A stretch of DNA of 64,000 nucleotides from Lama guanicoe (Eukaryota). Location of the stretch: assembly GCA_013239625.1 (NCBI GenBank), contig MU054187.1, positions 10,003,231-10,067,230 on the forward strand, given 5' to 3'. Shown here in pieces: positions 44,269-59,168 of this stretch; the first letter of the stretch is position 1; every line of letters begins with the position of its first letter. The position numbers and the translations under genes are program-made. The notes below the pieces were generated by a model that saw nothing but the letters and a program-made list of their open reading frames with translations, was not told the DNA's origin and searched no databases.

Positions 44269-45686
44269 ACCCTGAACTAGGAGTCGGGATGTGTGGAAAA
44301 CCTATGAAAGGGAAGAGAGCAGGTACAAATCTTCCACAATGAAAATATTAGGGAAATAACACAAATGCGGGCTAGGAGACGAGAAGAGAGGTATGAACCC
44401 CTGCCTGAGTGGCATCCCGAGTTAACAAGGAAACAGTGGCCCTAACACTCTGGGATGGTTGTAACATCTCAGCACAGCACCACCTCCTTCCCTTATCCAG
44501 CCTCTCAGTGACTTCCCACCCTCACACACAAACAGGCCACAGAAAGAGGGGTATGAAGATTTTATTATCTGGCTCTGAAGAAAAAGATGAAATCAGGTAA
44601 CTGGCATCTACTTAGGTACAAAAAAGATGTCCTGATCAATATACTTAACAATTTTTGAAGCAGAAGAAGACAACAAGACCAAGAAAACTGCTGACTGGTA
44701 CTGGACTGCAGTAAGAGTGAAGGATGCCGAGTTCAGGATTTGGCTTTGCCACCCTTCGGGTTTTAGGTATAGGGATTTAATAAAAGTTTTTACATTACAC
44801 TCGGCTCATAGATTCTATGATTCTCAGTTTTCTAAACTCTCTGAACTTCTGTTTCCTCAGCTATAAAGCGAGGGAGAACTTAACTAACATTTAGGCTATT
44901 TATACTCCACTATTCCTTCCACCATTATCTCAAAACCTCTGACTCTCATAGTTTTTCATCAACTTCTAGAAATACACAGAAGACACAAGTCTTTTTGATT
45001 CTCTCCTGTCAAATTTTGCTACTACAATCTGTTTTGTTAGGTGAAACTTGAGATTTCATTTACAAGTGGAAGTTGCTCAAAAAGGCAGGAGTTCCCTTTC
45101 CATGTTACTGTTATACTCTTGAGCCACTACCCTCACTTAATTCCTGTAGTTAGAGTTTAGCTCTAATTTAATCACCACCATTTACATGTATGGAGTATCG
45201 AGAATGGAAGCAGGCCTATGCAGTTGGCTCCTAAGACTGGTCAGATCTAGGAACTCCACAGAGAGAGAATTCGTGGTGCATCTGTAAGTGATTTTCAACC
45301 CCATGAGCTCCCCCACCATCCTAACCTTCCCTATCTCCTTGAATCACCCCTATATCTGGCTTCTGTTTATGTGTAATGACAGGTGAATCAACAGAAATAA
45401 GTTGCTTGTAGATGATAGAGAGGTAGAAAAAAAGAATGAGTTAAAGTCTGACTACCAATCTCTCTGATGTCTAAATCCATGACGAGTTTAACTCCTACAG
45501 GGACAATTACATGTTAAAAGCACACTAATCCACGTGTATTGCGTAGCATTTTCAATTTCTCATTGGTCAGTCCTATCCTTCTTCAGGATATGGGAAAAAA
45601 GACAATCGGATCAGCCAACTGTTCCTACGATACTTCTCCTTAGAAATTAAATAATACTTGATTTATTCCAAGTGAAAACCTTTTTA

Positions 45687-45911
<225 letters not shown>

Positions 45912-48849
45912 CTAGGAATGAAAAACCATTATAATTTCTAAAATTTAACATAAAAATACTCATGTAAGAGAATTTATAAATGCTTTGAGGACAGGAACTA
46001 GAAAATATTCAACAAAGCAGACATTAAAATGAAGAAAGGAAGTCGCAGAAAAAGAGCAAATTGTAGCAAACACCCATCCTGGCATATACTAATTCACCCT
46101 GCTCTGATGTGAGCAGGAGTAATTTATAATAAGAAAACAGGGAGACTGAATAATAAAACTGTTTTTGCCCAAGGTTTACGAGCTCTAGCCAGAGTCTTTA
46201 AAGAAGGACCATGGCAATTATTAGAAACGCATGTTATCAAAAAGATCCAAATCATAGTTCAGAAGAACATAAATGAGTTTGCCAATGATTTAAAAACTGA
46301 TTTTCAATAACAGTGGATGTAAGAATAACAAGAGCTGAAACTTACTTAAAATCAGGTAACAATCTCACTGACTCATCATGACAACTGAATATTAGGTGAT
46401 CTGGGCAAAGCATTCTTGGAACATTTTGTTTTAAGAGTACCCTGACCAGGAACGTCCTACCGCGTAACTTGATAAATCTGTGGAGTACAAATCTGTGGTA
46501 ATAAAAGATGGTAGCCCTGCCACCAAACTTGGAGCTAGCACAGCCAGAATGTTTATGCTTTATATCCCCCAAAACCCAGATGGACAAAACCCAAAAGTCT
46601 TATGATGTCTCTGAAGATACATTTATTTAATTACATATATTCCTAGCACTTTTCATAAAGAATTTAAGGCACCTCTAAAGATAAGGCTCCTGTAAATTTA
46701 CAAGAGGGTACACAGAATAACAATCAAGTCAGTCATCAGAAGTTTGCAAAAGTGAATATAGAGAAACCAGAATATCCAGAGGATATAATTAGGATACAAA
46801 CATTTGTTTAGTTCTGATTACTCTGCAAAAAGGTCTTTCTAGAATGTCAAAATGGGTGAGAGGAGCAGTTTTCCTACAAGAAAATAAGGCAAAAACATTA
46901 CCATAAAATTTTTCAAGTGTAATTTATTATTACTCAAGGGAAAAAAGCTCTAACATTTGAAAACTTTAAGAACTTATCTTGAGTCACAGCACTTAAAAAA
47001 CATTAAAAGAAACAAAGCCATTTTACCTAAGTTCTGGTGAATATTAAAAAAAAAAAAAAAAAGACCCAGGGATACCAAAATAAAAGACCACACAAGTGCT
47101 GTCAATAAAAGGGTATAAAAGAAGATTAACATCATCTGGAAATTCTGAACATGCCATAGTGTTTATCATGCCATCAGAGACAAAGTCAAGTTTCAGCAAA
47201 AAACCTGAAGCAGCAATATAGGGTATTTGTTTGTGGATATGGGTTGGGAGGTTAGGGGTGGGAGCTCCCAGCAAGTGTGAGAAGGGAATACATTGATTTC
47301 ATGCACTGCTCCAACAGAATACTTCTGCCACAGTGGGATTCTAGTAGTACAAAACATAATCTAACTTTTGTTCACCTGCTTATCTTTTATGGAATACTTT
47401 ACTCTTGACTTTGACTCTCATGTGCTTAAATTAAGCTGTGTCTAATTAAAATTTATGCTTAAATCACTTAAAATCAATTGTTACCACTGTGTTTAATGAA
47501 GATTAATAAACAAAAAATTAAACGTGTTCTAAACACATCTCAAATTTTTTAAAAAATTCATTGACTCACACTATGTATAAAAGCTAGTCTAACTGTAAAT
47601 ATTCTAGATGAAAAAGGGACTAAAAAACTTGTTAAATTCACCAGTATTTTAACTCTGAAAACAACTAAGAGTGAGGAGGAACAATTTTAAGAGATTCCTT
47701 TAAAGTTACCTGTGTTTTTTTTTTAAATGATGTCATTTGTTAGTTTACAGAGTCCTGAATCATAAATCATATGGGGTCATGATTATGGATTCAGTTTTCT
47801 AACAGGCCACTTAGCTTCACAGGAACTCATCTACTGTTCTACAGCGCAGACTGCATCTGAGCACACGATGGTGGCCAGCAGCCCGACAGGGCATGTACGA
47901 CCACAAGCAGCTACTCCTACCGGACTAGGACTTCAGGCACATGTTCTATGGACAGAACAGTGCCATTTCAAGATAACGCTCCCTAACTGGTAAGTGCTCA
48001 GAAACTTAACAATCTGGGTACTGTCAAAGGACATTAAAGGATGTTTTAGGATTTTTTTCAAAACAACTTACACAAGGAAGTATATATATAAGAAGATACG
48101 ATACAGATGCATGTAACATTGGTACAGAATGAAATTTGTTAAAAAATATGACATTCTAAAAACGAAGGGAGACAGTGTAAAATGTAATTCTACTTTTGGT
48201 TTAGACTGAAAAACCAGACAGAAAACTCTTGATATGAAAATATCCAAGTAAGTCAGTATCTGTAGACTGCTTTATAAAACCAGGGGAAGTACCATGCCAG
48301 GTAACGTAAGCTCTGGAAGTGAGCTTGCTTCTACTATGCAGCCAGTAGGAAGCCAACGGCAAATTTTAAATTATTGAAGTCTTAAATGATTCTTTTTAAA
48401 AGGTCTGTATAAAATCAAAACCCTTGGTAAATGCAGTTGTTGAGTTCTGGGGTTTAAAACTAAGAGTAACCCTAGGTAGACAGTCTCCTCATCATACATT
48501 TGGCATATCCTTTCCATATCAACCCTGCCTTAAACATCTCAAAACACACACCAAAAAACCCTCTATACTGCAAAATTTAATCTCAAACTTTACAATTTTT
48601 CCAATACATCTCAGACAGTAGTAAGTATTAGTCTATTTCTCATCCTAAGAAGTATTAAGAAAATTCTTGCAAATAGATTTATAAAGATAATTTTCTTCAA
48701 GTTTTTTGAAACTAAGCATAAAATACCTAAACTTTAAAAATAATGTTTTTGTTAGAGGATACCAGAAATCAAGTGACAGTTCCTTAACATGGGCATTTAA
48801 GAAAGAATTATGAATTTCATGAAGCGAATGAAATTTAAACATTTCCTGG

Positions 48850-49150
48850 CTATCTGATATTTTTAAATTATGGTAAATATTTAGGTGTGATGGTATTGTG
48901 GTTATCTTTAAATACAATATTTCTCTTTCATATATATATATATTCATATATATATATATAAACATAAATAAATAGAGATGAAATGATATGATACCTGAGA
49001 CTTGCTTCAAAATGATCTGAGGGAGAAAAGGGATATAAATGAACAAGACTGGCCATGACAGCTGTGGAAGCTGGGTGATGGGCACATGAAGGATGCCACT
49101 ACTCTAAACACTGCGGTTTAAGTTTGAAATGTCAATAAAAAAAAAAAAAG
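48850..49150 (+). mobile_element. Old L1 (L1MC4/ME-type) 3' end with internal (TA)n
   Basis: ggtgtgatggtattgtggttat...gatgaaatgatatgatacctgagacttgcttcaaaat...gaagctgggtgatggg followed by A-tail. Confidence 0.7.
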
Positions 49151-49437
49151 GGATGGTTTATATGTGTGTTTTTTCACGCTGTAATAAGCATAGGCTGAAC
49201 TATAAGCATGTTCTTAGATTAAAATTTGCCTAAAGCTTTATACAGCAGTCAATCACGAGAAAGACAAATACAGACGTTACCAGTATCTAAAAGTCCAATT
49301 AGAAGTACCACCAGAAACTGCATTTGTAAAATGTACACCACACTAAATTAAATATCCCAGTTTGGTAACTGGTTTAATGAAATTAAAATTTCAACTATTA
49401 CTTGTTGAATTCAAAATAATTTATATAATTTGTACTA

Positions 49438-49572
<135 letters not shown>

Positions 49573-49817
49573 TCATGTTACAAACTTTTATTGTTTACAG
49601 TTATTTAAATAGTTCACCTCAAATCTCGTATCACTTTTAATTTTCTCTTTCAGGATTTCTATTCTACCTCGTAATTTTTTATGGAACTGTCTCATCCCTT
49701 CCAGATCACAGACAACTTGTTCCCTGGGGCATGGATTATGAATCACCCGATGCTCCCCAGAAGAATGTCTTGGATGTGGCTGGCCACCAATTAGCACTTG
49801 AATATGAATCTTGCTTA

Positions 49818-50024
<207 letters not shown>

Positions 50025-50246
50025 CTAAAGAAGAAAAGATAGAAACTGATATCCTAACGGAATGTTACATTTTCTGCATAGATATTTAAAAAGCAAAAAA
50101 TCCCAGAAGATCCACAGGTTTTAACTACAGGATTAACTACTTCAAACATGAAGCTAGAAGTTAAACATACTAAATATGTTTATTAAAAACACAACAAGAT
50201 ACTCTTTTGAGTTTAGAAAATTAAAAAGCAAAACTAAGAATAACTA

Positions 50247-50489
<243 letters not shown>

Positions 50490-51059
50490 TTAATAGGAAC
50501 ATTAGAAATAGAAAATGATTTGTATTCCTTGAAGAGATCTTAAACTACAGTAAGTTAACTTTCTGATAACACTTAGAAAACAGGAGTTTACTTAAAATAT
50601 TCAATGCTTGAATGTACAAAAGCTATTACATTATGCAAAGCTTTTTTTTCCTTAGAAAAGAATCTCAAATGGAAGGCGATCTGTATCCTTGTACAGACTG
50701 AGGTAATGCCATGTAGTAGATAAACTTTGAGTAAGGATATGAATACTAAGTATCTCATACTTTCATTATCCTTAGTGCTCAAGTAATCTTGGCTTGTTCT
50801 CCTTACATCCATTGATTAATTGTAAGTCTCCTGCTTTTAAAAGACAGAACTTGAATTTTGGTGACTGTTTTAACCACAATCTGAAATTATTTCCTTTATT
50901 AAAAAAATCTTTAAATACCCAGTGTCTTTGAGATAAAATCCACACTGAACAGACTGACACACAAAACCTTTCTCAGTATAGCTTGTTTCTCTCTCATCCC
51001 CTCTCTTCCATCTCCTCCCATATACCTCTTCTCATTCCCTAAACATAAAGCATTTGCAG

Positions 51060-51600
51060 AGTCTGTCTCCTCTACACACCCTTTACCTGCCCTACTCATT
51101 GAGGAACTCTCCTTCATGTTTAAAGATCCAATTCAAATGTCACTTCTTTGTTTCCAAATCATTTCCTTTCCACTTTTATTGTTCCAACAGTTACTTTGGT
51201 ACCTCTCACTTGTCACCTGGGTACTGCAAGAGTTCTTAACTGGTCTCCCTATCTCTTGTTTGCTCACGTTCTAATTCATCCTTCAGGCTGCTGGCAGAGC
51301 CATCCTTCCAAAACAGAAATCCGATGCTGCTGTTCCTCTGCTTAAAATCCTTCATCAGGCTATGCCAAGAAGAACAAGACAAAACCTTCTTCACATGGAG
51401 AACAAGGCCTCTGTAATCTGGATCCAATTCAATGCTCTCATCTAACCTCCTGCTACTACCGTCCACCCCTGCCCCTGCCACGCTGAACAACAGTCCTCCA
51501 ATGTCGTCCTTTCCTGTGTTGCTGCACATGCCATTCTTTGTCTGAAATGTCCTTCCCTGTCCTGTCCTCCTAACGATACCCCGTCAAGTCCTAATTAAAC
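51060..51600 (+). mobile_element. L2 fragments
   Basis: tcaaatgtcacttc, cacctgggtactgcaagagttcttaactggtctcc, ctctgcttaaaatccttca. Confidence 0.65.
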
Positions 51601-51639
51601 CACTGCCATGTACATAAATTAAAATCAAGCATTTTTCAA

Positions 51640-52560
51640 TGAGATAAATACCATCTCTGCTCTCTAGAAACTCTCACTCTAATGGAAGAAATACAATTTT
51701 AAAAAATTAAAACAGTAAAAATGCAACAAATAATGTATCCACAAGGTGAGGATATAGCACAGCAGACGAAGTGACTAATTAACAGGGATGATCATGATCT
51801 ATTTCCTGGGAAGGTGACTGTGAAACTGAGCTCTGAAGAATGATTACATCTTTCATTAACAGTAAGAAAAAAAATCCCAGAAGAGAGGAAGAGGTCATAC
51901 TAATACATGAAAGCATAAAACAACATGATATAACAAATGGCTCTGCATTATTGAAAAAATGAGGTGAGATAAAGAAGTGGTGGATGACGTTGCTTAGAGT
52001 CCAGCAGATTTAAATCATGAAGGGTATTATATGCTATTACAAGAAGCCGTGGCTTTATTCTCTAAGAGCAAGAGAGGGAAGAAACAGAAGCAGATTTTCA
52101 CTCAAGAAAGAGAACTGTAAGTGTAAGAAAAGACTAGAGAATAAATAAGACCAAAGAAAGGTAAGCCAATTAAAAGATTATGGACACACTGAGTGTGAGA
52201 AGCTATACAACGTCCAGGGTAGATGTCCAACAGACAATTACAGATGAGTCTGGCCTCCAGTAGAGTTGTCATGTTAGAAGTTAACATTTGGGAGTTGTGA
52301 GACATTAGCACACCGTAGCTGAAATCATGAAAAAGAACACAGTCATCTAGAAGTCACAAAATAAGAAAATGGCTAAGGAACAGAGCCTGGAAATGCTAAG
52401 AGGTATGCCCAGGAAAAGGAGCCCCTAACAAGACTGAGAAAGCGTGCTCAGAAGGTAGGAGGGCAGGACATAGTGATGTCATGAAAGAAACAGCTGTGGA
52501 AGAGTATTCTGGAAGAGTAATCAACACAAAAGAAAGTGTGAAGCAGAAAGCAAGCCCAGT
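51640..52560 (-). mobile_element. L2 fragment
   Basis: ttcctgggaaggtgactgtgaaactgag, gtagatgtccaacagacaatt. Confidence 0.55.
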
Positions 52561-53877
52561 GGCCAGAGGAGCACTGGAGGCCAGGGGAGACGTCCACACT
52601 GAAGGCCTATAATGACTCTTTCACTCCTAAGTACCTCAAACAAGAGCTGGCCTATGTCGGCAGCATTCTGTACAACACTCCATCATGGACTTCACACAGC
52701 ACTATTAAAAAATGTATTAGGTTGTAATCTTGAATATAAGGACCAATACTTTCATGGTTCTTGGCACACAGTCTCAAGCATCAAATATGTGTTTGCTGAG
52801 TGACCAGTAGAATTTCAGTATGAATATGTGTTTACACATACTAGACCTTGAGCCCCCAGAAACAAGGTCTATCTCATTCATCAAATTTCCCCAGACTTTG
52901 CATGACGTCTGGAACAGATGGGGCTTTTTGATAAATATTGACTGAAAAGTTAGTACAAATGGAGTATTGATGGCTATTTCCTGAGGCAATTTTTGAAATT
53001 TAATAATTTTATGACAAAGAATATATGTACATTTTATCAACATTTTTTCTTTTATGTTAACACTGAAGAAAGTACACTTGAACATTCACCAAAAGCCATT
53101 GCTTAAGATTCAGGAAGAAATGCTTTATAGCAGAAGTAGCAAACCAAGTAAACATACAAAGGATTTTTTTTTTTAATAGTTTAGATTTGTGGAGCTAGAC
53201 TCATGGGAAAACTCTAGCAAGTTCAGATGTCCTTATAGCATCTCTTTGAAAGAGATGGGCGCCAAGAGGTAGGAAAGCAGCACGGTACCATTCAGACAGG
53301 AAGTAGTCCAGGAGCGGGCTGACAGCACACAGCTTATTAGGAAAATTGATTTCACAAGATCAGGGTCTGGAGGAGCAGCCAAGTTGGAAAAAGAGGCTAC
53401 TGACACATGAAAATGGAATCAATAACAATAAATCAGCAATGAGCAGCACATTTGTAGCTGAAGGGAGAAAACGTAAAACCTATAAAGAAGCAACAGTAGC
53501 TGGAGAAGTTACATACTCTAAATTTTTTGAGTTATCACTTGCTTGGGAAATATAATGGGGGGCGCGGTTTACACCCAAGCTGAATGAACAACGCAAACTC
53601 GCACAGATGGCGTTCGTCAACAGCACACAGAACATGGTGCAGAATTAGTGTGCATCACCAGGTCTTTTTGGGCTAGACTACAATGAACAAGGGGAGGTGA
53701 ATAAGGAGTCACTAGAAGCCTTGGATTCAGGAGAGCCACACCCCCCTTTTATTTACTGAAGGGCGGTAACAGGAACGGACTAAACATAATCCGAAGATGG
53801 AGAGAACCCAGAGAAAGGGCGGCACGGTACCGGCAGAGAGATACTCAGTAACACTCCTCCTTAAAATCAGGTACTCA

Positions 53878-54108
<231 letters not shown>

Positions 54109-54712
54109 TTATTCTGTTAAAGGAAGAAAAGAAATTCTCAAGTAAGGCAAGAGATTTCAGTGTTGCTTAGATATCTATTTAGCACAAATAACATATGAGG
54201 TACCCTAACAGATAATACATATTTGGGTATTAAAACACACTGTAATTAGTAGGTGTACAATTTGCACCGTTAGGAGTTCTTTTCACAACCACAGTGCTGA
54301 CTAGCCACCTTGTTTCTGCTCTCAGCTCTTGTCTCACAAGGAACAGTTCTCCCTCAAAGGAACACTGGACTAAGGTAACACCAGGGCAGCACTGCAGCTG
54401 TGAGCTTCTACCTCTGCTTTCTGAGTAAGGGCAACTGTCAAACATAAATGAACAATTCAATCTTCTTAAAGCATTCTGGCTTTCATGTGTTTCTTCCACA
54501 GCTATCCTGTAACAAAGCTGTTATGAATATGCTTCACTTTACTATGATATTGAAAATACTTCTAGGAAGATTTAGAAAGAAAAGAAGCTTCGATAGCTAA
54601 GCTGGGAAATTCACAGTGTTAAGTTTGTGATTTAACTCCATCAGCTAAATGAACAAAGATGTCGCAAAACTGGCTTAATGGCATCTGCAGTTATTCTCCA
54701 GAGGATCATTTA

Positions 54713-54871
<159 letters not shown>

Positions 54872-54971
54872 TCATAAAAAGGATAAAAACAATACAAAAA
54901 AATCCTTTAAGGACAACACATAGCTCCTCTTTGACAAAGCTGAGATCTGAAAATGTTTTTAAAGCTCTTAC

Positions 54972-55111
54972 CTGAACATTACTCATACCAAGCTCCTGAC
55001 TGCCCCGTCCTTGAGCAATTTTTGATAGATCGTTTACTAGTCTCTCAAAGATGTTTGCTGCATTTAAGTCACAATCATAGTTTACATAAATATCCACTAC
55101 ACTCTGAGCAT
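54972..55111 (-). CDS. ARFGEF1: ARFGEF1 exon 12, (D)[25 protein letters not shown]...SNVQ; HUS box NYDCD
   Basis: tacag / gtaaga; 140 nt, phase 1/0. Confidence 0.97.
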
Positions 55112-55221
55112 CTGTAACAATACAATGTTAATTTTAATAAAATGCATCTAGCATATGAATATATATTTGGCCTTTAAAATAACTCACAGTAAGAAAGAGG
55201 TAATAAAGAAGGATAATTTCA

Positions 55222-55332
<111 letters not shown>

Positions 55333-56294
55333 TTAGGGAAAGAAACTTCTATTTAAAATATTATTTATATGTCATACATGTGATCACCTTTTAAATACCC
55401 CAAAGCTATGGAGCAAAGATTAGGATCCAGGGTCCTGGAGTTCAACTCTTTTGGAGTTCCATTTCTGAAACATCAGGACTTAAATTAACTTGGTGGGTCA
55501 CTTACGGTGACCCTTGCAGTAAAAGCACCGCACTTCACATTGCTGTATTCTGTTATCACACAGCCACTACAGAAGAAATCTGCAAAAATTTGAAGTCCCT
55601 CTGGGAGATTATTTCTTGAATATATTTACAAAACTAATATAACTCCTATTTCATTTTTAAATCCCTGGCCGAGCATAAACCATATTCTGTTCATCAGCTA
55701 TATTTTTCAGACATAATACTGTACAAGCCTAAGTGTTTTTAGATTTAAAAGTAGCTGATGTAATCTACCAATAAAGAGGATCTAATTCTCATACACTTGT
55801 TTTTAATTACTCACACAAATGGAAAGCTCTACTGTCTGAAAACTACGAACTATTTCTCACTGTTATTTACACCAAATAATGTCGAGCACAAAGGAATTAA
55901 TCAACCTAACTAAATAAATTTCAACTTAAGAGTTAGATTTCAATTTTCAGATTCAAACTTATTTTGGAAAAATGACTATAATTTAAGAGGGGATAAGTGA
56001 AAAAGAAAACCTAAAACAACATATTAACATTTATGGAACATATATATTTTGAATCCCAAAATTCGTATTTTTAATAAGACTACTAACATCTCCTCCACCC
56101 AAAATGGGTCAGGTACTCTTGTAAAGGGTTTTTCTTTCACAAAATTCAACACATTTCTATTATTTGCCTATATAAAATGTCAGTATTTCCTCTAAGACTG
56201 TAAACTCTTAAGAGCGTAGAAACAAGATCCTTCTTGCTAAGCACTGTGTCTACACTGCACGGCATACAGTAGGCATTCAATACATATTTATGGC

Positions 56295-56832
56295 CACAGT
56301 TTCCAAACACTGCATCAAGGCACCCCAGAACGCTGCAGCAAACTCAGAAGGATGCCATGAGCATTTCTGAGAGAAAAACATCTGTCAGATACCTCAAAAG
56401 ATTGTTCACAGCTTCAACATCAATTAAATCACACTACACTCTTTTCAAAGACATCATTATTTTCACAAACCTGGGTTTTTAGTGGTTGCTATGGTAAGAA
56501 GCAGGTACTGCATTAAAATTATTGGAGGAAATCAGGGTGGGCAGTGTCCACTTTGATTTCAAGTTCTAAGAGTAGAATCCTATAGGCCCCCACGTTCCAG
56601 CAGTCAGTACCTGTTGACTATTTAAGACTGAAATAAAAACATTTTTCCTTTCAATTTACATGTGCCTTTTTTTTTTTAATGAAGACTTCATTGTTAAGAC
56701 AAATACTTGTTAAGTTATTTGGACCTAACTGCTTAATAAGTGGAACTGTTGGGTATTTCTTTTGGAGTATGTGCACCATGAAAAGATTAGAAAATCTAAT
56801 TGTGCCACGGATCAAGAGAGTTTGAAATTCTG
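56295..56832. mobile_element. hAT-Charlie-type DNA transposon remnant
   Basis: Termini cagtttccaaac...aaggcacccc and gtgccacg...agtttgaaattctg resemble Charlie TIRs; family not determined. Confidence 0.5.
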
Positions 56833-58933
56833 ATTTATGGAATAAGTAAAAAAAAACAAAAAACAAAAAACATAATTTAGAGAAAGACAGGGGAAAAAAC
56901 TTTAGCTATTGTCTATGGGTTATCAAAATGCACTAATAAGCAAAAGCCTGTTATTGTAATCTAAGACACCATGTCTATCAAAGGGGCTCTAAAATTTAAA
57001 CACGAACTTATAAAGATTTATAGAGCACCTATGATGTAATGTATGTAAAACTACAGTACTATCACAAGCACTTCGTCTTCACAGAATAGATACTCTCTTA
57101 AAAAACTGTGTATAAACTGTATTTTCTGATCTAAGTTAATACCCAGGGGAAAACTGCATTATAAAAACTCTGCAGTGAATATTCTCTTAAAATAGATCTT
57201 CATGTAACAACAATCTCAGTTTTGTTTTGTAAATTGAGGTTTTGTGTATTGGGTTTTCTCTAACTGGAACACAGCTCATCTTGTGTTTGAGTATGTTCAG
57301 TACTTCCAAAAGTTTATCTACATTTATCTTGTTTCACCCTCATGATCTTCCCATAAGCGACAATGGAGAGTGAAATAAACCTGATCTCTTTAAAAAAAAA
57401 AAAATCAGACCACTACTACAAGAATCTGAATGAGAATCTACCATCTATGAGCAGACAGAAAATTTCTTAGAAGTACTTCCTTTCAAACTCGTGCTTAGAA
57501 AATTTTTATGTATCTAATTTACTTAACAGAAACAGTAATCCCAATTTAAATGACTGTTGTGATATTTGGTTCTACAAGAACTTTTATTTCACCTACAGTC
57601 ATCTAAATAGTGCTTTAAGAAGTAGAGTCTCAGAGAAGTAACTGGATGTACAAAATCTTCCAAAATTCTCTAGTGTTAATTTAAATGCGTCATCATCAAA
57701 TGAAACATATTTGGCTTGTTATAGAAGCAGAAGTTCCAGAAGTTTTTTGAAAGTCTCTTTTATTTGTAGTTCCTGAAGATAATGAGAAAAAATCTAAAAA
57801 TAGTAACTTCCTAGTTTTGCTTTGCATTATTTTAACAGACATATGGCAAACTTCTAAAATTTGACAGCATATATACACCAGAAATTGTTTCCCATCCAAA
57901 AATAGGACCCAAATTCTAAAACTGTTCACTTAAGATACCAAAGCCTTACTCTGTCTCATTCCCATAATTTCCTACATGAATTTTAATATATATTGTAGAA
58001 CATTAATAATAAAGGATTAATATAAAAAATTCTGGGAAAATAGTAATTTATTCTTTCTGTGAGCTAATGAATTATTAGTCTTTAGTTAGGATTAAACATA
58101 AAAATTAAAATGCAATCTGCATATTATAGCAAACATAATATGAAGGAAAAAGGTGACTAGCATTAAAGTGAGTATTTCTAAAATATACAATGTCCCAACC
58201 AAAACAATACTTTCACAAAGGACAAGTTGGGGAGAAAAAAATCCATTAAGTCAGTGAAACATAAAGTACTGTTTTTAAATACTGAATTGTTCTGAAGATA
58301 AAAACAAAAAGATTATGAATTGGTACATGTGAACAATACATGCATACATGGGTGGGAGAGTCCCTAATTTCATTTTGCTAAGTCTCTTGAAATATTTTTG
58401 AATGACATAATTGTTACTCTATTTCCAAAGATGTTGAGAGAAAACTTCAGGAATGTAATAGATACATTAGAAGAAAACAAATACAAAAGTTAAATTTTCA
58501 AATGTCCTAAAATATAACCCCCCAATATAATTCTTCCAATCACCTCTTTAAAGTACCAAAGACTTAAATGGCTTAAAACCACGTAGACAAAGTATTTTTA
58601 GAGCTTTCTTTTAAGATAACCAAATTCTGTATTACATATCATATATACAATGGCAAAGTTATTTGTGAGGACCAAATTAATTCAAGACACTTAAAAATCA
58701 TCCAATCAACTACTATAAATTCCTCTAAGGCAGGAGCTATGTCTTGATTTTGCATTCTTAGGCCTTACCCAGGGCTTATTACTCTGTAGGCACACATTAG
58801 TTGAATGAAAAAAAGAAGTACATGGCAATACACACATATTATTTCACATTCTGAAAAACTTTCCAGTGTGTTAATTATATGATTTAACAGGAAACAAATG
58901 CAATATCCAACAATGCCTAAATGCAGAACATAC

Positions 58934-59168
58934 CTCAATCTGCATCTTCAGATGCGTCTTGAAGTTTGACAACAAAGTAAGAAATATGGAAAGAGAAAGC
59001 TCAAAAACCTCTGGAACAGATGAAACTCCATTTTTTGAGAGTGCAACACATAGATACTGCTTAATAGCATTAATAAACATCTCATTTGTCCTGAAAATAG
59101 GTCCTGCGTTCTGCAGAATGGATAGAAGTAACTGCAATGAAAGAATCTTGGATCGTAACTCATGAGAC
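58934..59168 (-). CDS. ARFGEF1: ARFGEF1 exon 10, (K)[15 protein letters not shown]...HLKMQIE
   Basis: tttag / gtatgt; 235 nt, phase 2/0. Confidence 0.97.

Noticed and set aside
51060..52560. Tail-to-tail inverted L2 pair (similar pair at 36720-37760) as a possible hairpin or miRNA source
   Set aside because: The copies are too diverged; I found no extended complementary stem by eye
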